Positions 37,301 to 49,300 of a stretch of DNA of 64,000 bases are shown in pieces. Positions within the stretch are counted from its first letter, which is position 1. Every line of letters begins with the position of its first letter. The notes below the pieces were generated by a model, which saw only the letters and a program-made list of their open reading frames with translations, made no database searches and was not told where the DNA came from. A program made the position numbers and the translations under genes. The stretch comes from Leucoraja erinacea (taxonomy: Eukaryota): the NCBI RefSeq assembly GCF_028641065.1, contig NC_073396.1, positions 558,001 to 622,000 on the forward strand, read 5' to 3'.

Positions 37301-40300
37301 ACACTATTTGGTTACCAACAAACATTTAAGTGTTATGCTTCACTTCTAATGGACCTCCTGCAGTTCCTGAATATCTCATGGAGTTGATGCTTTTAATATA
37401 GTTTAAGATAGTGGAATTTTTTTAAAGGCTAGGACTTTGTTTTTATTTTAAAAAGCAAATTTTCAATTCCTATTCGTCATCATATATACATTGAACATTA
37501 TAAAATGTTCAATGTATTGGTACAACTGAAAATGTTTTCAATAGTGAAGAGAGGTAAACTGTGCAGTACTTGTACTTGCCCTGATGTTAAAAAAAAAACA
37601 TTTTCTTTTCAAGGTATGTAAAGTGCCAAGTACTACTGAATGTACAAAACATCCTATTACACAACTTCCAGTAAATGAGTTCACAACAATACAACATTCT
37701 AACCGTTCTTCGCTTTCGCCAACATGTACTGAAAACTCCGAGGACCTTATTCTGTTATCTAGACCGCTGTTGAAATTGAAGGAAAAGATTTCCAATGGAA
37801 ACTCTGACGAAAGATGTAGCTTTTCTTCTCAAATAAGCAAGCTGCCCAAATCAACTGGTAACATCCAAGCTAATACTAGTTCAGTATGTGTGAACCCTAA
37901 AAACACTGATGTACTGCCACCTGCAAAGGAATATCCTGATCCTTACACAATGAGTCTCCAGAATTTGCTTAAAAAGTCAAGGGAATACATAGAGAGAGAA
38001 CAAAACCGACGTAATGGGAAAACTGTTTCCAAGGAAGGTACAAATGAAAGCCATTCAGATAAAGAAAATGATGGTGTTAAAGTTGATGAGTGGCAAAACG
38101 AACGAAACAACGTTTCTAACAGAAGTCAAAGTTCTAGTCCTGTGATAGTTGATAATTCATGCAGTTCAAGGTCATCTTTACAATCACAAGTTGCTTCTGT
38201 GATCAATGAAAGCTTTGAATTGCATGATAAAATAGCACTTAACGTATCCACTTCAGTTTTATGTACTCCAAATTTAGACTTTGCAGCAAAGTCAATAAAT
38301 GGCTCATCTAAAGAATCTGAGTCAGATGATGATTGGATAAACAGATCAGCATCTGAATATGAAAATAGTTTGCTTAAAAGTCTAACAGGATCCTATGCTA
38401 AACTGCCCAATCCTGAACCAAGTCGAAGTCCCAAAATACACCAAAGATACCCCAGAACCACAACCAATATTGTTATTAATAACCCAGTGAATGCATATGA
38501 ACTTAGCCCAAAAGACAAATTTAGTGGCGTACCTGGGACGAACACATATCAAATAAACATTGATAGTCTTGATGTACGGAGAGCTATTCCAAATGAGCTT
38601 TCAGTAATTATCAATCAAGAAAAAATTGAAAAACATGCTGGGAAACTGCAAGATCTTTCATCGTCTTTGGGAAAGATAAATGATATAATGTCAAAAAATA
38701 ATTCACCATTTACCATCTCTGAACTTTGTGGAAAACCTGAAGTAAACTTGATTGGAACCATCGTTGATACTGAAGTTCAGATGCCAATAAGGAGCTTGAT
38801 TCACAAAGATTCATGTGATTTGGAACGGGCTTCTCCATTGCTTACAAGTAAACAAGACATATGCCAGCTATTAGAAACCCCACTTGAACTTGATGTCAGT
38901 GACCAAAAGACCAGCAGCCTGATTGAACCTACTGTGCTGAACAAATCGTATGATGTCATTCATCCATCTCCAGTGCTGTTGCAAGCTCAACGCATAAAGC
39001 AACAAGCTGATTTCTTGCTGGCACCTCCCGAACGTGAAAAGTGTTCACAAAGCAACATGGAAATTAAAGCCAAACGCAAGTTAGATCTGGGTATTCTAAA
39101 TACCAAAGAAAACAAACAGTCGACTATTAAAACTACAGCCTCATTTGTTCAGGAGATGAGCAGGTGGATTCAAGAAAGGCATCAAAGAGTTCCTATAATC
39201 AGGAGTGAAAATGAAGTGCCCTTAAATAGCCATATTAAGACAGGAGGTAAGGACATTTCTTCCTCCTATCCATGGAGATAAGTAATGTTAAATCATCCTC
39301 TGTAAGCAATACTGGATGCCTGATGATGTTCTCGGTGTGACGATGCTCTGAGGTCCAGTACAGAAGTACTAATTGCATAATAGCTCTTAATTTAGTTTGC
39401 CATTTGATAATTTTCTATAATGTAATGAGGATGTTGGATCCACTGGTTCTATATGATAGTTAAGGTAATTCAGGCACATGTGTAACCATTTATTAAGTGA
39501 AGATTTCTGCTGAACAAATTTTTGATTTTATAAGCATTTTTCCAACTTTTGAAATGTTACTTAAAAAAAGTTCTAATTCTGTCTATAATTCAGAGTAAAT
39601 ATTTTGGTTCTGTACAATGATTAAACTGTAATTAATTTGTGGTAAACATGATTAATGAGGATGCTGACGAGAGAGTGAAAGGAACTGGAAGGATTGCTTG
39701 GGGAAGGGAAGGTGGGGGGTTGTGTAATAGTTGCCAGGGTTTGTGCTGCTGAGGTATAATTGGTGGAGTTGTGAACTGTCCAGAGCTCAGACCATGAGTC
39801 CCGTTACATTTATCCTAGGGTCCTAGAAATAACAAACAAAATAGTTAATACATTACCTAATGTAATTATTTAATATACATTAAGCAAGAGTTCCATTTGA
39901 AAAAGAGAGAGACAAAGTTAGCAATTGTAGAACAGTTAGCGTAACATCAGTTGACGCTAAAGTTATATTGAAGCTGCTGTAGCAGGTCACTTGGAAAACT
40001 GCTGGATAACCAGACAAAGTCAACGAGGGTTGGTCAAAGGGAAATCACGGACCAGTTGTAAAGAGAATGTTAGCTATGCAGCAATTATAGATCGAATGAA
40101 CATACATCTGGCGAATGGTTTATAACGTGAGAAGATTTGACTTCCCATTCTGAAAGAAAGAAAAAAGTTATCTAAATGGGGAGAGAATGCAGAACACAAG
40201 AGCAGAGGGATTTATATGTCCTTTTAAATGCACAATGTCCAAAATTCTAGTTATAGTTCTGCATGTAATTAGTCAATGAAGCTTGTGTTATGTTCAATTT

Positions 40301-43300
40301 TCAGATCCACGTGTAAGCATTCACAACTAGATATGGTAGTGTGCAGACATGGGATGTGTTCAGTTTGTGTGAACATCTAGCTCTGATGCAGTTCAGATAC
40401 TCTTGGTTCTGGAGTGGAGCTGATGCTCAGGCAAATTCTGTGCATAAAATGAGTGTGTCACTTGGGGCAAGATGACCGCACATGATGACCAGGAGGTGGA
40501 CTGTTTAAATGTGTCACTCTGCCTGGCTGAAGTTTACCTTCATGTGCAATCTTTTTATTACATTGAAAACTGAGACGCGCTCTTTGATTTTTTTTTTCCC
40601 TTGATACCTATTATTAATCTTACAGATGAAGATCTTATCACAAAACAGATGTTGGCATTGGTAGAAATGCGGAGGCAACTGGAGGAACAACATACCTTGC
40701 AACTGTCTATGCTCATAGCTGAACAAGAGAAAGAGCAAGAGAAACTGCGGATGGTAGGGAGAGAGAGCACCTCATTCATTTCACTGAGATTTATCCTTCA
40801 GTTTGATTCGTATAACATTATTTTTACAAAAACAATTGTTAAATGTTGGCAATTGCTGTTTGCATTCTGTAATCTTTAAATATATGTCTAAAACTGAAAA
40901 CGATATTACAGAGAACATGACAGTTGAAAATAGTTGATATAATACATGACCTACTTTAATCACACTCTACTTTAACTTTTGTTCTTCTTTGTGTAACTGT
41001 CACTTTGTGATTCATGCTGTTTCCCCCGAACCAAATTCTCATATCTTTGGTTTTGGTATCATAGAAACCTGCCTTCTCTCCATACCCTCTGATCCCCTTG
41101 GCCACAAGGGCCACATCTAACTCCCTCTTAAATATAGCCAATGAACTGGCCTCAACTACCCTCTGTGGCAGAGAGTTCCAGAGATTCACCACTCTCTGTG
41201 TGAAAAAAGTTCTCCTCATCTCGGTTTTAAAGGATTTCCCCCTTATCCTTAAGCTGTGACCCCTTGTCCTGGACTTCCCCAACATCGGGAACAATCTTCC
41301 TGCATCTAGCCTGTCCACCCCCCTCACTAAGAACGGGGGTTCCCCTCCTTTGTAAGTTTCTATAAGCAACATCCCCTCGAGTCCCCCTAATCTCCTAAAT
41401 TACAAAAAGTAGAGAGTATAAACCAAGTCTCCCATCCCCCCATGTCTTTGGTTCATAACATTATAATTCTTCCCTTTTTCCTGTTAATAAACTGCCTAAA
41501 ATCTGAAGACAAAATAAATTGCAGATGCTGGAATCTAGAACAAAAAATGCTGGAAGATCTTAGTGGGTCAAGCAGATCTGTGGAGGCAAAGGTTCTGTTT
41601 GAGGTTACAAAACGCGATGCTGTTTGTAACCTCCGATCAGATGTTTCAGTTCTCCATAGATGCTGCTGCTTGACTTTTTTTGTGGTGTTCTATGTTAGTG
41701 TTCTGGTTCAACATTATTTTTGCCCTAAAATCTGAAAACCATGATTTGGTGTACAGTGGGTCAAGCTTTTTGATTCGCTTGTGGTGTTCTGTTAGTGTTC
41801 TGTGTTTTTGCCCCCCCCCCCCCCCCCCCCATAAACTAGCTGCAGAAACATGCTGAATAACGTTAGCTACATTGGCCAGTCCTTCCTGATGACATCTTGT
41901 TGCATGTCATCTTCAGTGAGCCTGTGGAATTGCTGACTTCCATTTGACAAGATGTGTAACAGAATCTTTACCAGCTGATGATAATTGGCATGTCAATAGT
42001 GATGTGGGTATCCCTTGAGTGCACTAATTTAACTTCAGTTCATAGATGAAAGACAAGGAAGCATTGTAATGTTTGGTAATAGTTTGTTTAGGTGTGGTCT
42101 CCTATCTGCCTGCTTTCACAAAGCAGGCCATACTTTCTGAAGAGCTTAAGAGTTACTTCATTTGGGGTTTTAGAAAGAGAGGCTATTTTGTATTGATTTA
42201 CTCTCTTCATCTTTAGGAAATAGAAGAACAAGAAAGGCGACTGAGAGAGCAAACCAGTTTTGTGAGGGTTTCGTCGGAAAGTTGTTCAAGTAAAGAAACC
42301 TCTTTAGATTGGAAGAGAATAAATAGAAGCTATGTTGTGCCTTCCCTGACCAATCGAGTGGATGGCAGTCACTCTTGTAAGTAATTTTCAAGAGACATAG
42401 AACAGTGCATCGCAGGAAATGTAATCAAGCACATTAGTTTCCCACGGTGCATCAATCTTGACGCAGTTGTGTAAGTCTTTAATACTTTAAAGGGTCTTAT
42501 GAATTTAAACCAAAATATCTGATACATTTTTAAGCATAAATGACTATGTATCTTGCCTCATTTGAAACTTTTGAACTATCTTGCATTAAAACAAAAATTG
42601 ATGTCAAATTGTTGACTATATATTTGTATTGTAAGTATTGCCGTTTTTTAAAATTTCAGCTTGACTTGGTTGCTAACATTTTGTCCGTGAGTCACAAGGA
42701 CTTGAATATATAGTGTGGTGCAATTGATACTACACTTTAATAATGGGAGAATGTTGGATCATTTGAATAAGATATTAAGTCAAGAGCCCTACATTCCCTC
42801 GTCTCAATCAAGATGTGCGAGGAGGGCGGGGCGACTCGCGTCACAGCGGCCTCTGCAGTCCGTCTGTCTTTTTTTATTTGCTGTCTCGTTTCAATGTAGT
42901 TTTTATTTTATTTGTTTTGTATGTGTATGTGTGTGTATGTGTGTGTGTGTGGGGGGGGGGGTGTGGGGAAACTTTAAAATCTTTCCCCTGCACGGGAGAC
43001 CCAACCTTTTCTCTGTTGGGTCTCCGTTGTCGTTGGGGCTGCAACGTGGAGCGGCCTCCAGCAGGAACGACCTGGAGCTCCAGTCGCGGAGCTGCGGACT
43101 TGCCCACCATCGCGGAGCTGGCCGAGTCTGGAGCGGGTGGAGCGGTGGTGGCGTGCTGCTGTGACCCGACCGCTGGAGCTTCGGAGACTCCAACCACAGG
43201 TCTGGCAGACAGGAACACCGGGAGCCCGCGGGTCCCTGCTGGGAGACCGCTTTTCGGGGCTTCCGCAACGGCGACTTCACCCGCCCGAGTTGCGGGGTTG

Positions 43301-46300
43301 AAGAGTACCTGGAGCGGGGCCTTGCATCACCGCCCCGCTTGGAATGGCTGCGGGACTTTGCTAGCGCCCGCCGGGGGCCCCAACAACAAGACCCGGAGCG
43401 TGGCCTTGCATCACCCGGCGTGGCTTTAATGGCCGCGGGACAATTACCATCGCCCACCGGGGGCTTTGACTCTGACATCGGGGGGGGGGAGAGGGGAGTG
43501 CAGGGGAGAGATACGTTTTTTGCCTTCCATCACAGCGAGGAGGAGATGCGCTGTGATGGATGTCTGTGTAAATTGTGTTGCGTCTTGGGTCTTTTTCTTT
43601 TTGTATATGACTGCAAAAACAACATTTCATTTGGACCTTAACGAGGTTCAAATGACAAATAAAATTGTATTGTATTATATTGAGTTGTCATCACCATTAA
43701 AACCATCTAATCAGCTACCTCACTGCCCCACAATTTCCTTGGCACAATCGACCATACTTCCCACCTTTTCTTGACCAGAACAGATATCTTTTCCTAATTT
43801 CACTTTTGAATCGGGAGAATAAAGAGGAAAGAAGATTAGATTTTATTGCCTTCCATCACAGTGAGGAATGTGGGGAATCCGCTGTGGTGGATGTTTATGT
43901 TAACTTTTATGTTGTTGTGTGTCTTGTTGCTTTTTTTAGTATGACTATGTAAATCAAGTTTTACTGCACCTTAATTGGTACACCTGACAATAAAATACCC
44001 TTTGAACCCCCTGCTTTCTTCATGACTACCTTGCCCTTGAAACCTCGTTCCTCGTAATAAAAAGGAACTGCAAATGTTTATTTTCAAGTCTGGAAAATGG
44101 GTAGGTGACGTGTCTGAAGAACGCTTCTGACCTGATAACTTACCTATCCATTTTCTCCAGAGTTGCAGCCTGACCCTCAGGATTTTGGTTTTTCCTTTCC
44201 TTTTAGTCCTGGTCTCTCAAATCTGTGCATTCAGCATTCAGGTGGTTTTCCAGGAAACATAACCGCTCTAAATGGTGGTGTGTAGTATTTAAATAATTCA
44301 TAAACGGCAGGGCTCTGTGAAATGTGAAATTTACTGCATTTCATCCTTGAATGTACAAATAGATGAAAGGTGCTATTTTTGTAAACTTCCCTGTGAGTTT
44401 AGGAAAAGTTGATTAGTAGCTTCTATAAATACATAATTATGCTAAAATGTGAAAACCGTTTCCTTTCCCTGACATTTTACATTACATTATATCTAACCTT
44501 TTTTTCCAGTGCTCACCAGCCAGTCAATAAGCCCCGAGTCATCGTTCAGTCGATGGGCAGTTCAGGATGATGGAGTCCAGGAAGTGCAGTCATCCGGTTT
44601 CATTAGCAGGCTGAGGACCAGACGCTCACAGGTAAGAGGAAAGGACGGGATCACTGCTGCCCACTTGGATTTCTAGAAGTTTGGAAATATAGTGAGAGGG
44701 TCAGTAAGCTGATCAAGTCTTCCTTCGTAATGGAGTGCCTTTCATTTATAATTGGGTCACATCCATTTAAAGCAGTTTTGATGTACGCAAAACCTTTCCT
44801 ATCCATAAAAATCAGTGTATCAATAAAGTGACTAATGTGTAGGTTTTCACTTGCAGATATTAACTGTTGTGCCTAATTTATTTAGCACTAAATTTCCTTT
44901 GAAGGTTATAAGGCTTACAATGAGACTGAAATGCATGAAGCACAAGAGCTGGTGCTTTGGGAGAAGGGGACAGTATCCTTGCTCCTGACTCTCGGACACT
45001 TGGGAAAAGCTTGGTGGATTTACCAACTCCTGCCTCCACTTAGCCTTGGAAAACCAAGTGTGCCGGCTTTGAATTTAAATTAGTCCAAAACTGGAGTGAG
45101 ATTCAATTTATAACTGGACCTCATTTCTCCACTGTGATCAATCCAAAATATCCAAACCTGCTGCGTTTTAAGTGATGGGTGTAGAATTAGGCCATTCGGC
45201 CCATCACTTATACTCCGCCATTCAATCATGGCTGATTGAATGGCTGATCTCTCCTAATTCCATTCTCCTGCCTTCTCCCTGTAACACCTATACTAATCAC
45301 AAATCTATCTCGGCCTTAAAAATATCCACTGATTTGGCCTCCACAGTCTTCTGTGGCAAAATATTCCACAGATTCACCACCCTCCGACTAAAGAAAATTC
45401 TCCTCATCTCCTTCCTAAAAGAATGTCCTTTAATTCTGAGGCTATGACCTGAGCTTGGTGTTAAGTTTCAACTTTTATCAATTTGTCAATGCCTTCAAAA
45501 ATATTTTGGTCTCTGTGCACCAGTCCAAAATGTATACTTTATATTTATGGAGCTTAATATGGAACTTTGTATGTGCATAACAATTTGTACTAACTGGGCA
45601 TGACCATCTAATATTCACTATTTCTCATTGCTGGCGGTGGCTTTTGGTCAACATATCTATAGGTGTGCGTGTGTGTGTGAGAAAGAGCTTGTATGTGGCT
45701 ATCATTTTGAGCAAATAGAAAAGATAAATTTGAGAAATTTACCGGAGTAGAAATGTAATGCCATTGATATGAAATAACTGTCTTGCAGATGAATACACCA
45801 GAAATCCAACAAAAATTTCATAAGATTACAGCTCTGGCAAAAGGATTTTTAACTCGCAGACTGATGAAGACAGTGAAACTAAAACAGCTTCAGCAAACTG
45901 TCAAAGTAAGCAATTAAAATGTGCACAATCTTTGGATTGCAAATAAGAAACCATATTCAACTAAATTATTGGTTGATTTAAAATGTAAGGTTTGATCCAT
46001 TTTGAAATTATCAAATACAGTTGGAATTAAACTTTAATGCAGTTGGAATTAAACTAGAACAGTTTCTCGTTTAAACATCAACCTTTGTGACTACCGATGA
46101 TTTAAACGCTTTGTAAATGTTAATTTGTTGAAGGATACCATGGAGTTCATCAATAGCTTCCAGCCAGAAGCATCCTTGAGAAGAGGTGCCACTTCATCAC
46201 AAGATGTTTCTCTGCAGGAAAGAGTTGTTGCTCAGGTATTTAACAACATTGGTAACACATGAGTGGAATAAACTGGTGTAACAAACAAATTGCTTAACTT

Positions 46301-49300
46301 TTGATGTTTTTTTCAGTTGCGAGCTGCACTTTACGATATACATGACGTCTTCTTTGTATTAACTTCGAATGAGAGAATGCAGATCCTATCTCAAGATCGT
46401 GAAATTCGCAAAGAAAAACAACTGCGACAAATGGTAACTTTCTCTGTGAGTCAATGAAATATCCATTTATCCACATTATTTTTTTGTATGTTAAAGTATT
46501 ACTTAAAACATTTCAAGCATATCATTTCCATGGTATCCATTTGCCCTGTTAAACAAATTAAAACTAGAGATGGAAAAGCAAGGAAGATGTTAAAATTACC
46601 CGAGCAGGTCCTAATTAAAATCTTTAATGACTTAATGAGTATCTGCAAAGGGAATTTGGTGGGCATGAGAGAAAATAAATTGCTGTTTCAGATGGAATAA
46701 GGTGAGGGGAATGGGAGTGATTGGACTGGTCGGCTGACAGGGAAGTCCAGTGATTAACACTGGAACCTGAAGGTCCAGCCACAAGTACTGAAATGACCAA
46801 ATTCAGTACTTCACTGAAGGGAATCAAAGGCCAGAATTGGATCAATGCAGATATGCCAAAGTACATTAAGGTTGAAGGAGATTAGTGGATGGGGGGGGGG
46901 GGGTGGGGGGGTGGGGGGGGGGGGGGGGGGGGGGTGGAGGTGGTGGAGGTGGGGGGGTGGTGGAAGGATGAAAGGATGAGAAAATTGAGGATTTGAAAGT
47001 GTGAGAATGTTTAATGGAGACAAATGATTACAGATACTAGTGTCTGGTGGAGGAACTAGTATCTGTAATCACTAACTAGTGAGCCGAGCAACCACAGGGT
47101 TTCAACCTGAAGCATTGACAATCATCCACCCACAGATGCTGCACAACCCGCTGAATTTCTCCTGCAGATTGTTGAAGTTTATCCATAGGCTTGGTGAACC
47201 AAGAGCCAATGTGTGAATGGGGTCATGTAAATTGGGAAATGGGGGAAAAGAATGCAAGTAGAATAAGGGATGTTGTATTTGGAGGGTCTTGGATCACAGT
47301 TTGAGTATAAACGGAGTGGTAACGGCAGTAGAGTTTAACAATGTGCATGTTTGGGACTCTGTCATTACATGAATCACCTGTACATGATTAATAAGGTTTA
47401 TATGTACTCTTCACTTTACTTTTTGTCTTCCTCATTCATTGATTTGTTTTTCTCCTTTAATCTGTAGGAGAAATGGAAGTGTCCTAAAGAAAGAATATCC
47501 CTTTCAGTAGCAACTCAGAAATCTTTAGACAGGAAAAAGCAAATTAAGTAAGTGACAGTTTTGCAGAACCAGTAATCATATAAATAAATAATTATAAATG
47601 GGTAAACCATTTAGATTTGTGAGGATTGATGGAAAAATATGGTGCCATTTTTGCCTACTATGCTCTATTGGAAGATAAAGACCAAGGACTTTATTTGGAG
47701 ATTGCCAGAATATAATCAGTTGTGTTTTGTCTTCAAGGGCTGCTGAAATGGGAGTAACCAGTAAACAAAAGTCACAAACAAAACAAAAGACTTCATCTGA
47801 AACCAGGTAAGAGGAAAGATAGATAACTAGCAATTCTATTTGCTGTGTAAACCAAATTCACACATTTGTCTTGCTGCTTATTTCCAGGATTCTTCAACCA
47901 AGTCAAGGGCAGAACGCCCCTGTACAAAGACAACTACACAGACAAGGGTAAGAGACAGACTCATTACAGCTAGTTCACATTTTATTCTTCATCACTGAAA
48001 TAAAGTTGATTCAAATACCATGTGTTCTAGATGTATAGGAAGGAACTGCAGATGCTGGTTTAAACCGCAGATAAACACAAAATGCTGGAGTAACTCAGTG
48101 GGACAGGCAGCATCTCTGATCATCGAACCATCTGTTCTAGGTGCTTAGCGAGTTAGTACAGGAACTTGATCATTAATGGATTTAAATGTTAATTGTTGAA
48201 CATTCTTATTTGTGCAAAAACATTGAATTTCTTTGTCATTACTTCAAACTTTACTCATTTGTCACAACTCCTTCAGTACAGAGGGCTAATGTAGCTCATT
48301 GCACCTTTCAGATAGCAATGTAAACATGTCTTGCATCGCACATTAGACATCATTGGTGGCCCAGTCTAAAACAAGGAACATAATGTGCCAGCACTCTCCG
48401 TTCTGTACTTTGCATGTTGCCATTAAGGTTTATACTCTAAAGCATTTATTGAAAGGTCAGTAGTTTTTAATAAAGCTGCACTGCCATGTTGTGAAAAAGT
48501 TGCAATTAACTGCCAGAATTTCTAGATCCCTTTGGTTCTTCTAATAATTATTTAGCAGCATCTTCACCCAGAGAGTTGTGAATCTGTGGAATTAGAATAT
48601 GTTAGATATAGCTCTGAGGGCTCACGGAATCATGGGATATGGAGAGAAAGCAGGAACAAGGTACTGATTCTGGATGATCAGCCATGATCATATTGAATGG
48701 ACTCCTCCTGCACCTATTCTCTATGTTTGTATGTTTCTATCTGCTCCAAGTTGATTATTACTCCCAAGAATGTTATGTAATGGTAAAATGGAGTGATAAC
48801 TTCATTGACATCCATTCTAGCTCTTTGTAAAGGTTGAGGTGCATTTATACTATCTGCTCATATATTTCTTTATTTGATCAGAGTCCACACTTGTAAAAAG
48901 GGGGTTGAATGTAAAAGAGAGCAGATATCCTAGGAAACTAGGATGTCCCAGGTGTGTTGTGCATTTGACAACATTCTAGCCATTTCTGTTATCACCCTTT
49001 TGCAGTAATTGCTACATTCAAGCTGACTTTCGTGTATTTATTTGCATTTTGCTGCTTGCACATTTCCTACACTTTGTCACTTGTCTGCTTTGAAAATTTG
49101 CATTTCGTTAACAAATAAATGTTATGGAATACTGCAAGTGGATTGTCTAAGGTGTCTTTATGTGGGAACCTGCCTGTTTTTTATTGCAACTATCCATAGC
49201 ACAAGTTTATCACTTTTGTTTTTTCTTATCTTTTTCCATTCCACGTCTGGCTCTAAGGAATTACAAATGGTGATTTCCTTTAAAAATAGTTCCACCTTGA

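Noticed and set aside
42715-43774. Cluster of 100-200 aa ORFs on both strands
   Set aside because: GC-rich repeat, no domain similarity.
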